NCBI GenBank assembly: GCA_037443365.1 | Contig: JBBIOM010000014.1 | Location: 1 to 48,671 of the forward strand | From: Armatimonadota bacterium | GTDB lineage: Bacteria > Sysuimicrobiota > Sysuimicrobiia > Sysuimicrobiales > Humicultoraceae | DNA: 48,671 nt | Direction: 5' to 3' | Part shown: one piece after another, positions 19,387-28,460 of the stretch | How the letters are laid out: every line of letters starts with the position of its first letter | How positions within the stretch are numbered: the stretch's first letter is position 1 | Program-made: the position numbers and the translations under genes | Notes under the pieces: model-generated | What the model was told of the DNA's origin: nothing | What the model saw: the letters and a program-made list of their open reading frames with translations, nothing else | The model's database searches: none

Positions 19387-20673
19387 CTAGAGGTTGCTGG
19401 CGAGCCGGAGCCAGACCGTGCCGCGGGAGTTCGCCACGGCCTCCCACGACAGGAACTCGTTGAGCCGGTATGTGAGCGTGACCTCGACGGCCTCGGATCG
19501 GGGCATCAGCACGCCCCGTAGCGACATGTCTGGGGACAGCCGGTACTGCACGAACGGCTCTAACCCCTCATACTCGAACCGCGTCAGGACGCCCACCGCG
19601 AGATCCGAGCCCGCATGGACCCGCACGCCTGCGGCCCACCTCCAGGCCAGGTTCGATGGGACGAGGGTCATCTCCACGAAGGGCTCCACGGATCCGAACA
19701 GCCGCCCGAGCTGCACGCGGACATCCGGCGGCGGCGCGCTTGTCCCGAAGTTCAGACGCGCCTCGACGCGGCCGCGGTACAGCGTCGAGTCGGCCAAGAC
19801 GTTCAGGTACGTGACCTCGGCAATCCTAAGCGTTGGGCTGGTGGCAACACCGTACTGCAGCGCGGGCGGGTACGCGCTGAGCTGATCGCCCAGGAGCGAC
19901 TCAAGCCGTGTGCGCTGCGCCAGGGCGAACGCCACCGGCAGGCCTCTCAGCGGCTCGGCCATCGAGGCGATCTGCGGGGCGTGGCTCTCCAGCAGCATGA
20001 AGGGTATGGATGAGGACCGGAACCGCACGCCTATGTCGCGTATCACGCGCGTGTCCCTGGCCGCCGCGGTCAGGACCGCGCGCCAGGGAGGGTCGCTCTC
20101 GATCCGGACGGTCCCCGTAAACCCGGGAGCGGATCCTTCCACGACCTCGGTGACCCGGCGCTCGATGATCGGCGCGGCCCACTCCAGGGCCTCGGAAGGC
20201 AGACGGGCGACCATCCCGCGCAGATCGAGGACCGCGGGTTGCAGCGAGGCTCGCACCAGCGGCGCCGCATCGGGATGCACGCCCGGCAGCGAGATGGTGA
20301 CCTGGACGTCGGCCAGCATCGGCGGCCGGGGTTGCAGGCGCGCACGTACCAGCGTGGCGGCGCCGGCCTGAAACCCAACCTCGACCGTCCGGTAGCCGCG
20401 CACGACGCGATCAACGACCTCCCGCAAAACCCCTGCCAGGGCCGCCTCTTGCCGGGCTGCGACCTCGCTGTCGCGCCCAAGGAGCAGCCTCTCGCTGGCG
20501 GTAGTGATGGACTCCGCGATCCTCCGGGCCACGAGCGGGTGGGGATCTCCTCCCTCCACGACGAGGACTACCTCAACGCGCTGAATGGGGTCAGCGGCGC
20601 GCGCAGGCGCCGCCGCGAGGGCAAGTATCGCCGCGAGGGCCAGCGGAAGACCCGCCCGGGCCAGGGCGAGCAC
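19387..20673 (-). CDS. exported hypothetical protein, probable C-terminal beta-barrel/beta-sheet
   Basis: Signal peptide, alpha/beta N-terminal repeats, amphipathic C-terminal strands ending VWLRLASNL; located between bamA and ompH. Confidence 0.65.
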   Translation of the reverse strand: MLALARAGLPLALAAILALAAAPARAADPIQRVEVVLVVEGGDPHPLVARRIAESITTASERLLLGRDSEVAARQEAALAGVLREVVDRVVRGYRTVEVGFQAGAATLVRARLQPRPPMLADVQVTISLPGVHPDAAPLVRASLQPAVLDLRGMVARLPSEALEWAAPIIERRVTEVVEGSAPGFTGTVRIESDPPWRAVLTAAARDTRVIRDIGVRFRSSSIPFMLLESHAPQIASMAEPLRGLPVAFALAQRTRLESLLGDQLSAYPPALQYGVATSPTLRIAEVTYLNVLADSTLYRGRVEARLNFGTSAPPPDVRVQLGRLFGSVEPFVEMTLVPSNLAWRWAAGVRVHAGSDLAVGVLTRFEYEGLEPFVQYRLSPDMSLRGVLMPRSEAVEVTLTYRLNEFLSWEAVANSRGTVWLRLASNL

Positions 20674-20693
20674 CCGCCGGACCCGGGAAGAAC

Positions 20694-22586
20694 TCAGAAG
20701 GGCTGGCCTATGCTGAGCCAGGTCTGCCGACCCTCCGGTCCGATGGCGTAGTCTATCCGGATCGGGCCGACAGGCGTATTGATGCTCACGCCGACCCCGT
20801 ATCCAAAGTGAACCCCTGCGGCGATCGGAGCGCCGCCGAGATCGGTGAAGACGATGCCCGTGAAGTCCTTGAGCTGGGTGAGAAGCCCACCCAGGGGAGT
20901 TCTGTACTCAATGTTCAGGAGCGCGACATCAGGCCCGCGGTAGCGCGATAGAAGCGCGCCCCGGAAAGTCGAGGAGCCGCCGATGACGAACTGCTCCTGT
21001 ATCGGCAGGTTGCCGTGGCTCGCGCCCAGCAGCGCGCGGCCCACGAGCACGCCGGATCCGGCCGGGAAGTATCGGGAGTACTCGAAGGTGTACTTGCCAA
21101 ACCCGAAATCCCCCCCGAGGGCCTGTAGCCCGAAGTCCATCATCACGCTCATCCGGTCGCCCTTGGTGGGCGCGTGCCTGTGATCGCGGCGGTCGCGCGT
21201 GCCGGCGAGCGTGAGGGCCACGGTCCTGCCAGGGGTGAACTTCGTCGGGGGCGGCTTGGGGCAGGCCGGGTCGTCGGGATTGGTGTCACAGGGCGGCGTG
21301 GCCGGGTCGAGCGGCAACGGCGTTATCTCGGCGCGCTCCGAGCGCAGCCGGACGATGGCGATCGTAGTCGGATCGAGCGGTCGCGCGAACCCGACCATGC
21401 TTCCCAGGCGGTTCAGCATGAACCGCGACACCAGCGTGGTTCCCGAGTACTCGAAGTCCCAGGTGTTGTTCTCGTAGAGGGAGACGTCGAGCGCGGTCTG
21501 CTGTGCGTCGAACCAGGGGTCCCTGTAGTTGATCGAGAAGTTGCTGGCCGCCGGCCCGGTGATGGTGGGGACCTGCCGGTCTCCCAGCCCCCGCTCGATG
21601 CGCACCGCTATGGATTGGTTCCGGCCCTTCCAGTTGCGCTCTGAGTACTCGAGCAGGCCCACGATTCCTGTACGGTCGCCGTACCCGAGGCCGAAGCGCG
21701 CCTGCTGCGTGGGCTGCTCCTTCACCTCGATCTCGACGATAACGGCCTCGGGCGTGCTCCCTGGCATGGGCCGTGCCTGCACGTTCTCGAACAGCTCCAG
21801 GTTGTATATCCGCTGGAGATCCCTGTTGAGCTCGTTCACATTGAAGATCCGGTCTTTGCGCACGATCGATCCGCGATCCAACACGTAGCGCTGGGTCTTG
21901 ACCAGCCCCTTGTACTGAACGGCCTCAACACGGCCCTCGGTGATGCGCAGGCGAAGCCTGACGTCGCCGTTTGCGACCACCGAGACATCGGCGACGCGGG
22001 CCAGAATGAACCCGCGCTCCTCGTAGAGCTTCTCCACGGCGCGCGTGCCGTCCCGGAGACGGATGACGTTCAGCACCTGGCCCAGCGGAAGGTTCAGCGC
22101 GGTGGCCAGCTCTGGCGTGGCTATGACGGTGTTGCCCTCGATGATGACCTGGGAGATCGCCGGGTTCTCGACCACCAGGAACGCGACGCGCACGCCGTCC
22201 CGGTACGGCTCCACCCTCGCGGTGGCGTCGGCGAACCAACCGGTGGCAACAATCGAGGCCACGTCCGTGCGCAGCCGCTCCTCGGAAAGCAGTTCGCCCA
22301 CGCGCACCCCCACGGAGTCGAGCACGACCGCGGCCGGCACGCGCTCCAGTCCCCGCACCACCACTTCGGTGACCTTGGGCGGCGGGGGAGGCGTGGGCAC
22401 GGGCGTCGGCGCGGGTGAAGGGGCCGGTGACGGAGCAGGTGAGGGGACGGGCGAAGGCGCGGGCGCCGGTGAAGGGGCAGGCGCCGGCGCGGCCTCGGCC
22501 GCGGGCCCCACGCCCGATCCCAGAAAACCCAGCAACCCCAAGAGCACCGTTGAGACGATCAGGAACGCGTGTAATCGGCGGGGCAA
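20694..22586 (-). CDS. bamA: Omp85/BamA outer membrane protein assembly factor
   Basis: Signal peptide, about three POTRA domains (VENPAISQVIIEGNT; LYEERGF; LQRIYNLELFENV), barrel with ERNWKGRNQ, YRDPW, TPVGPIRIDYA, terminal SIGQPF. Confidence 0.93.
   Translation of the reverse strand: MPRRLHAFLIVSTVLLGLLGFLGSGVGPAAEAAPAPAPSPAPAPSPVPSPAPSPAPSPAPTPVPTPPPPPKVTEVVVRGLERVPAAVVLDSVGVRVGELLSEERLRTDVASIVATGWFADATARVEPYRDGVRVAFLVVENPAISQVIIEGNTVIATPELATALNLPLGQVLNVIRLRDGTRAVEKLYEERGFILARVADVSVVANGDVRLRLRITEGRVEAVQYKGLVKTQRYVLDRGSIVRKDRIFNVNELNRDLQRIYNLELFENVQARPMPGSTPEAVIVEIEVKEQPTQQARFGLGYGDRTGIVGLLEYSERNWKGRNQSIAVRIERGLGDRQVPTITGPAASNFSINYRDPWFDAQQTALDVSLYENNTWDFEYSGTTLVSRFMLNRLGSMVGFARPLDPTTIAIVRLRSERAEITPLPLDPATPPCDTNPDDPACPKPPPTKFTPGRTVALTLAGTRDRRDHRHAPTKGDRMSVMMDFGLQALGGDFGFGKYTFEYSRYFPAGSGVLVGRALLGASHGNLPIQEQFVIGGSSTFRGALLSRYRGPDVALLNIEYRTPLGGLLTQLKDFTGIVFTDLGGAPIAAGVHFGYGVGVSINTPVGPIRIDYAIGPEGRQTWLSIGQPF
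22381..22490 (-). repeat. Pro/Ala/Ser tandem linker in BamA N-terminus
   Basis: Encodes APAPAPSPAPAPSPVPSPAPSPAPSPAPTPVPTPPPPP; degenerate 12-bp periodicity. Confidence 0.8.
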
Positions 22587-22674
22587 TATTTTCCTCCCCT
22601 CGGTGGGCGAAACTGCAGGAAGAGTACCATTCGAGTCTGCCGGCGCGCAAGTCCGCGCGCGGACGTGTCCCTGC

Positions 22675-23301
22675 CTACTGGTTGCTCGCTCTGCGCAGCG
22701 CGCGTTCCGCGGCCAGCACCAGCTCGATCACGTCGGCCTCGCTCAACAGCACGTGCTGCGTCGGCGCGATGCCCGCGGCCGCGACCGGCGCCACAGGGGC
22801 CGCGGCCACGCGTTCCGGCGCGTGCTGGACAGCCGGGCGGACGGCGACCGGCGCCGCCTGCGGCGGCCCGCCCCCGGTCACCTTGACCGGCACATGCACA
22901 ACCACTGTTCTGGTCACGGTCCTGACAGCAGCCGGCTGCGGATCTGTCACCAGTCCCGCCAACGCGCCCTTGCCCCCGGAGAGGACAACCACCGGCGGCG
23001 CCTGGCCGATGCCGACGTCTACCGGAACGGCCGGACTGAGGGCGACCGCCAGCGTGAAGACGAGCGCGGCCGCGGCGAGCGCGGCCGTCGTCGCCGCCAA
23101 CCGGCCCAAGTGCGCCTGCCTGCCCGAATGCAGCCGCGCGAGTCCCCCGGCCTCGCGCGCGAGGCGAACCTCGGCCGCGGCCAGCACAAGGGTCAGTACT
23201 CCACGCTCAGGATGGCCGGCCTCGACCTGCTGCCGCGCCCTCGCCAGCCAGCCCTCGGCAAAGGATATGCGTTTGGTCAGATCCCCGGTATCCTGCTTCA
23301 T
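22675..23301 (-). CDS. hypothetical single-pass membrane protein (possible anti-sigma partner)
   Basis: Helical cytoplasmic N-terminus, one hydrophobic segment (AALAAAALVFTLAVAL), low-complexity C-terminus; directly downstream of the sigma gene. Confidence 0.55.
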   Translation of the reverse strand: MKQDTGDLTKRISFAEGWLARARQQVEAGHPERGVLTLVLAAAEVRLAREAGGLARLHSGRQAHLGRLAATTAALAAAALVFTLAVALSPAVPVDVGIGQAPPVVVLSGGKGALAGLVTDPQPAAVRTVTRTVVVHVPVKVTGGGPPQAAPVAVRPAVQHAPERVAAAPVAPVAAAGIAPTQHVLLSEADVIELVLAAERALRRASNQ

Positions 23302-23329
23302 GCCCGTTCCCCCCAGCCGCGTGACAATC

Positions 23330-23980
23330 CTAGTATCCTGTCACCCGGTGCGGCCGGTGCATCACCTCCACCCCCAGCACCTTGCGCAGGTGCTCGAGGG
23401 CCTGCTTCTGCAGCCGGTAGAAGTGCGAGAGACTGATCCGCAGCTCCTGCGCGATGTGCCGCGGCTCCCTGGAGCGGACCACGGACTCGAGCACGTGCCG
23501 CTCCCGGGGAGGGAGCATCTCGATGGCGGCCAGAACTCGCTCGACCGCGTCGTGGTCCTCAACGACCGCCAGCGCCAGGTCCGCGTCGGGATCGGCCAGG
23601 CGCGTCAGTGACGCGGGATCGTCGGAGGCCGCCGCCACCTCGTCGAGCGAGATCTCGACCCTGACCCGGTCCAGCGCGTTGAGCGCCCGGCCCCTGATGC
23701 GGTAGGACGCGAAGGTGGAGAACCGCACCCCGCGATCGGGGTCGAAGCGTTCCACGGCCTCTATCAACCCCACGGCTCCCTCCTGAATGAGGTCCATAAG
23801 GAGCTGCTCGGGGGGACGAAGCTGCATTATGACCTTGAAGACCAGCGGCTGATAGGCCTCGATCAGGCGGAGACGACTCGCGGGGTCGCCCCTGACCTTG
23901 AAGGCCTCCCAGTGATGCGCCTCCTCGGAGGGAGCGAGCAGCGAAACCTTCTGCAGTTCACGCATGTAGTCGGAGAACAC
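23330..23980 (-). CDS. sigma-70 family alternative sigma factor (FliA/WhiG/sporulation-like)
   Basis: Region 1.2 (DYMRELQKVSLL), region 2 (DLIQEGAVGLIEAVERFDPDRGVRFSTFASYRIRG), region 4 (LPPRERHVL...IAQELRIS). Confidence 0.9.
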   Translation of the reverse strand: MFSDYMRELQKVSLLAPSEEAHHWEAFKVRGDPASRLRLIEAYQPLVFKVIMQLRPPEQLLMDLIQEGAVGLIEAVERFDPDRGVRFSTFASYRIRGRALNALDRVRVEISLDEVAAASDDPASLTRLADPDADLALAVVEDHDAVERVLAAIEMLPPRERHVLESVVRSREPRHIAQELRISLSHFYRLQKQALEHLRKVLGVEVMHRPHRVTGY

Positions 23981-24058
23981 GCCCGGATGTCCCTCCGCCG
24001 GGGTCTGGTCCGGATCATGTAGGCGTTCGACCCGCGGCGCCGTTCTCCTGTAGGCTGC

Positions 24059-27000
24059 CTAGTATCGGACGGCGTACCAGAAGGCCGCGTCCCAGTGGCC
24101 GGAGGAGTCCGAGCGCAGGGCAAACTGCCAGAGGCGGGCGAACCTGTACTCCAGCGCCCACAGCCACCGCGTGCGCTCGTCAAACGTGGTCTGCGCGGTG
24201 AGGTAGAGACCGGGCAGCAGGCGCTTCCCGGCGCGCAGCGTCAGCGGCCGCTCGAAGTCGTACTCGATCACGAGCTCGGTCAGGCCGATCGCGCGGCCCA
24301 GCGCAAGGCTGACGCGCCCGAAGATCAGGCGGCCGATCTCCGCCCGAAGGGCACCCTCCATGTCGCCGGCGACGAGGCGCGCGAGGCCGGCCTGCTGGGC
24401 CAGGAGGGCCAGGATCTCCGCGCGCGGCCGTTCCGGATCGGAGTGCAGGTCGAGGACCAGGGCATCGGGCGCGATCCCGCGAACCGCCAGCGAGATTCGC
24501 GTCGCCCCGGCCTGCGTCTCCGCGCGCGCGGTTACGGCTGGGCGAAGACCCAGGTGCGGCTGGAAGGTGGCGGTTCCCTCCCGCAGATCGAACACGGCGC
24601 CCAGCGCGGACACGGTCCCCTCCTGGGCCTCCACGGTGCCTTCGAGCACGGGATTGCGCAGGGTGCCCGAAAGCAGGAGCGAACCCCCGGGCTTGATGTC
24701 GAACTTCAGCCCGCCGACCTTGACCGCGAGGTCCCTGCCTGCCTCGAACTGCAGGCCGCGAAATGCCAGCGGCGGGCGCAGGGCGGCAGGAGGGCCCGGG
24801 GCCGAGGTGATGTTCACCGATCCCCCGGAGACGCTCAACCGGCCGTCCGCGGTGAGTGGGCGGCGTGAATCACCCGGCACCCCCCAGAGGCGCACCGAGC
24901 CCGAAGCGCGGGCGTCCACGTAGGGGGGAACCACCATCCGCGCTCCCGAGGCCTGCAGCAGGAGCGGGGCGTCCTCGGCGATCGCCAGCACCGGACGGGG
25001 GGAGGCGATTCCCAGAATCCGCGCCGCGCCTTCCAGACGCACGGTGCCCTCCCCGAGACGGGCCGTGCCCTCGGTCACGCGCACGGTGGTCTCGTCGAAC
25101 TGCAGGGCGACGCGCAGCGATTCGACCGGCACCTGCATACCGCGCAGGCGCAGCCGTCCGTCGTTGATGCGCACCCCGCCGCGGAGCACCGGAGCGCCCA
25201 CGGTACCGCTGATCCGGACCTCGCCCTCGATCGCGCCGGTTCCCTCTTCCACGGCGTCGGTGGCCAGCCGCAACAGCCCGAGGTTCACATCGGCCAGGCT
25301 CAGTCGAAGGTCCAGGGGCCCCCGTTCGTCGAGGCGCCCCTGCGCGGGGTTGAACGGCAGGCTGCCCGCTAGCCGCAGTTTGTGCCCGCTCTGCACGAGA
25401 AGCGCCTGCTGCACCTGCAACAGGCCCTCGCGGTAGTACGCGTTCGCCACGAGCGAGTCGAACGTGGCGCCCTCGACGCCGCCGCGCGTGATCTCCAGGG
25501 AGGTCCCTATCTCGGGCACGTCGAGGGTGCCTCCCATCTGCATCGTGAAGTCGAGACGCCCGGTCATGGGCCGGCGCAGCCGGAGCAGCGGCCGCAGGAA
25601 GTCCAGATCGAGGTCACTGCCGCCTATCTCGATCTGGTTCTCGCCGCGCAGGTTCATCTGGCCGGCTGCGGCGATCCTGCCACGCCCGGGCCGCAGCTCG
25701 AACTCCTGCACCGCAAGGACGCCGTTGCTCAGGGCCAGATCGGCATGCCCGCCCTGGATTGCGTGCGGCCCGAACCTGCCCTCGGCCATGCGAAGGTCGA
25801 GCCGGGCGGAGGGGTTCGCGAGAAGGCCGTCCACTTCGATGGAACCCGAGACCACGCCGTCAAGCGGGAAGGCCGACCGTGCTCCGGCCAGGTCCAGCAG
25901 CGTCGAGAGCCGGGCGTCGGAGAGCGCCACCGACAGCGTGGCTCCGGGAGCCGCACCGAGCCGCACCTCTCCGGAGATCTCGTAGCGTTCGCTCCCGGTG
26001 CGCAAGGCGAGCGGTTGTACCCGCAGGGCGCCTGTTGCCCAGTTCACCTCGCCGGAGGCGTGGTCGAATCGCACGCCGTTCAACGCCAGGCCCGTTGAGG
26101 TGAAGGACAGGGCTACCGCCGGGGAGGCCGGGGGCCCGGTGAGCCGGACCACGGCGTCGAGCCGGCCTTCTGGCCGGCCGACTCCGTAGGAGGGCAGGTT
26201 GAGGCTGCCCAGGTCCAGGGCGCGGGCCGCCAGGTCAATCGCCAGCCCGGTTCGGCGGTGGTAGAGGCCCGAGAAGCTGACCTCGGAGTCCTGGCGGCGC
26301 AGCAGCCCGCCGGTCGCGATCAGGCGCGTGCCGTCCCACTGGAGGGAGGCTGAGGCATGATCCACCGGCTGCCCGCCTACCTCGGCCTCCCTCAGCGCCA
26401 CGGTGCCTGCGGCGGAGAGCCGCGCAAGGGGTCCCTCGATGCGGGCGCTGCCGTCAACCAGGCCGGTAACCGGCAGGGACACCGCCGCCGCCTTCGCCAG
26501 CGCTTCCGCGGGCGCGCGCTCGACCTGAACGTCCATCTCTAGCCGCGCCGACGGACGCCAGGCCACGGTCCCGGCGGCGCGCAGGTGGGCGCGCCCTGCC
26601 CGCACGGTCACGGCGTCGAGGCGGACGCCGTCCTGCCCCAACGTCACGCCGCCCCGGGCTACGTCGAAGTCGAGCCCAGCAAACCGGCCCTGACGCACGA
26701 TGACCGTTCCGGCAATCTCGGGCCGCCGCAGCGAGCCAAGCATCCATCCGGTGAAGTCGGCGTAGCCGGAAGCACCTCCGGGGGCGGAAAGTTCCGCCAC
26801 CTGCGCGATGTCGGCCGCCCCTGCGCGCGCCCGGAGCGCAACCTCACCCCCGGGACGCAGGTGCCCGCCGGCAATGACCCATGCCGTCCCGCGGCTCAGG
26901 TGGAACTGCTCTAGAGCGATACCGCCCGGATCCGACCTGAAGGAAGCCCCGACTGCGCCGAGCGCGATGCCGCCGAGGGCGGCATCGGTCAACGCAGCGC

Positions 27001-28459
27001 GCCCTACGAGCCGGATACCTCCACCCTGTCCCACCGCGGCGACGCTGCCGACGAGGCGCCCGCGCAGCCCAGGCGGGGCCTGGGGAACCCAGCGCAGCAC
27101 CTCTGATGCGTCGGCGTCGTCGAGGCGCGCCGTGAGCGCGAACTCTGGCGCGCCAGGCATCCACCACGCGCTTCCGCGCACCGTGCCCCCGGCGATCTCG
27201 CCCCGGGCGTTTGCGAGGCTCACCCACTGGCTCTGCAGAGAGAACTCGGCCGAGGCGTTCCGGAGCGTCACGCCGTCCAGCCGCGCCCCGGGGCTCTCCA
27301 GACGGCCCTCCGCCAGCAGGGTTCGCAGGGGTCCGGTCAGCCGGACCTCACCCAGCGCCCTGCCGGCCGCACGGCCGGCGGCGCGAGGGATGAGCAGATT
27401 CGCCACCGTGGCGATGTCCGCGCGGGCAGAGCGTAGAACCAGGTCGAGGTACGGCTCGCCGTTGAGGCTCACCTCACCGCGCACGTCCAGAGGGATCCCG
27501 TTGAGGATCCCCTCCAGGAGCGCGGTGCGGACCCGCCCGGTGTGCACATCGATCTCGCCGCGCACGCCGGCGACCTGTGCCTTCCTCGACGGGACGACGG
27601 CGCGACCGTCGCGCAGTGCTATCCGGCCGTAGTAGTCGGTGAACGATCGCGCGCCCGCGCGCGTCCAGAGCACGTGCACCGATCCGCCGAACCGCCCACC
27701 GGTGATGCGCATGCCCGGTGTCGCGATCAGATATGGCCCCCAGGCGCCGGCATCTCCCTCAGAGGCCTGGACGTCCAGATCGAGCGTGCGCGTACTCGTG
27801 GTGTAGGTGCCGCGCGTCGCACCCGACGCCCGCCGTCCTCCGCGATCTTCCGCGAAGGTGGCCTGGAGCGCGATGCGCGGCGCCCGGGCGAAGTCCGCGA
27901 ACCCGTCCACGGCGAGCAGCCGGGCGTGAAAGGCCTCCGGCGAGATTCTGCGGCGATCCGCGAACTCCACTACCCCGCCGCGCACGGCAATCCGTCCAGA
28001 AAACACGGGTGCCCCGGTTGCACCGGTTGCGCGCACCAGGAAGGCCGGGACGTTCCACGCCCCTGAGGCATCGCGCTCAAGGACAAGGGTTGGCCGATCC
28101 AACGCCACCTGCGCGATGCTGCGGGTCATGCCGGTCCGGCGGAGCAGTACGCCGGCAAGATGCCTCGTGCTGAATGTGACCGTCGCCCTCTGGGCTACGA
28201 GGAACGGCCGGCCTGCCCCGGGCGCTCCTGGCAGGACCACATCCTCCAGCACCAGGCCGCGCCAGGGGTCGCCACCCAGGCGACCGATCGTGATCCGCGC
28301 GCCCAGTCCTGCGCCGATGGCCGCAACCGCCACCTCCCTCACGCGGAGCCGCAGCGCTTCCAGCGCCCATACGGCGACGCCGACCGCCACCAGGACCGCT
28401 AGCGACGCCGCGGTCAGGGAGGCGAGACGGCTCTTGCCACCGCGCCGGCGCGTGCGCAT
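24059..28459 (-). CDS. tamB: TamB/AsmA-like translocation-assembly protein
   Basis: 1466 aa, N-terminal TM, AsmA-like start (LDRPTLVLERDASGAWN), repeated beta-taco segments, DUF490-type C-terminus (LHSDP...EILALL) with terminal aromatic strand. Confidence 0.9.
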   Translation of the reverse strand: MRTRRRGGKSRLASLTAASLAVLVAVGVAVWALEALRLRVREVAVAAIGAGLGARITIGRLGGDPWRGLVLEDVVLPGAPGAGRPFLVAQRATVTFSTRHLAGVLLRRTGMTRSIAQVALDRPTLVLERDASGAWNVPAFLVRATGATGAPVFSGRIAVRGGVVEFADRRRISPEAFHARLLAVDGFADFARAPRIALQATFAEDRGGRRASGATRGTYTTSTRTLDLDVQASEGDAGAWGPYLIATPGMRITGGRFGGSVHVLWTRAGARSFTDYYGRIALRDGRAVVPSRKAQVAGVRGEIDVHTGRVRTALLEGILNGIPLDVRGEVSLNGEPYLDLVLRSARADIATVANLLIPRAAGRAAGRALGEVRLTGPLRTLLAEGRLESPGARLDGVTLRNASAEFSLQSQWVSLANARGEIAGGTVRGSAWWMPGAPEFALTARLDDADASEVLRWVPQAPPGLRGRLVGSVAAVGQGGGIRLVGRAALTDAALGGIALGAVGASFRSDPGGIALEQFHLSRGTAWVIAGGHLRPGGEVALRARAGAADIAQVAELSAPGGASGYADFTGWMLGSLRRPEIAGTVIVRQGRFAGLDFDVARGGVTLGQDGVRLDAVTVRAGRAHLRAAGTVAWRPSARLEMDVQVERAPAEALAKAAAVSLPVTGLVDGSARIEGPLARLSAAGTVALREAEVGGQPVDHASASLQWDGTRLIATGGLLRRQDSEVSFSGLYHRRTGLAIDLAARALDLGSLNLPSYGVGRPEGRLDAVVRLTGPPASPAVALSFTSTGLALNGVRFDHASGEVNWATGALRVQPLALRTGSERYEISGEVRLGAAPGATLSVALSDARLSTLLDLAGARSAFPLDGVVSGSIEVDGLLANPSARLDLRMAEGRFGPHAIQGGHADLALSNGVLAVQEFELRPGRGRIAAAGQMNLRGENQIEIGGSDLDLDFLRPLLRLRRPMTGRLDFTMQMGGTLDVPEIGTSLEITRGGVEGATFDSLVANAYYREGLLQVQQALLVQSGHKLRLAGSLPFNPAQGRLDERGPLDLRLSLADVNLGLLRLATDAVEEGTGAIEGEVRISGTVGAPVLRGGVRINDGRLRLRGMQVPVESLRVALQFDETTVRVTEGTARLGEGTVRLEGAARILGIASPRPVLAIAEDAPLLLQASGARMVVPPYVDARASGSVRLWGVPGDSRRPLTADGRLSVSGGSVNITSAPGPPAALRPPLAFRGLQFEAGRDLAVKVGGLKFDIKPGGSLLLSGTLRNPVLEGTVEAQEGTVSALGAVFDLREGTATFQPHLGLRPAVTARAETQAGATRISLAVRGIAPDALVLDLHSDPERPRAEILALLAQQAGLARLVAGDMEGALRAEIGRLIFGRVSLALGRAIGLTELVIEYDFERPLTLRAGKRLLPGLYLTAQTTFDERTRWLWALEYRFARLWQFALRSDSSGHWDAAFWYAVRY

Positions 28460-28460
28460 G

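Noticed and set aside
22381-22490. Tandem repeats as possible CRISPR or mobile repeat
   Set aside because: In-frame Pro-rich linker; no spacers and no cas genes in the window.
24018-24055. GCCTACA direct repeat, 31 bp apart, upstream of the sigma gene
   Set aside because: Only two 7-mers; cannot be distinguished from chance without orthologs.
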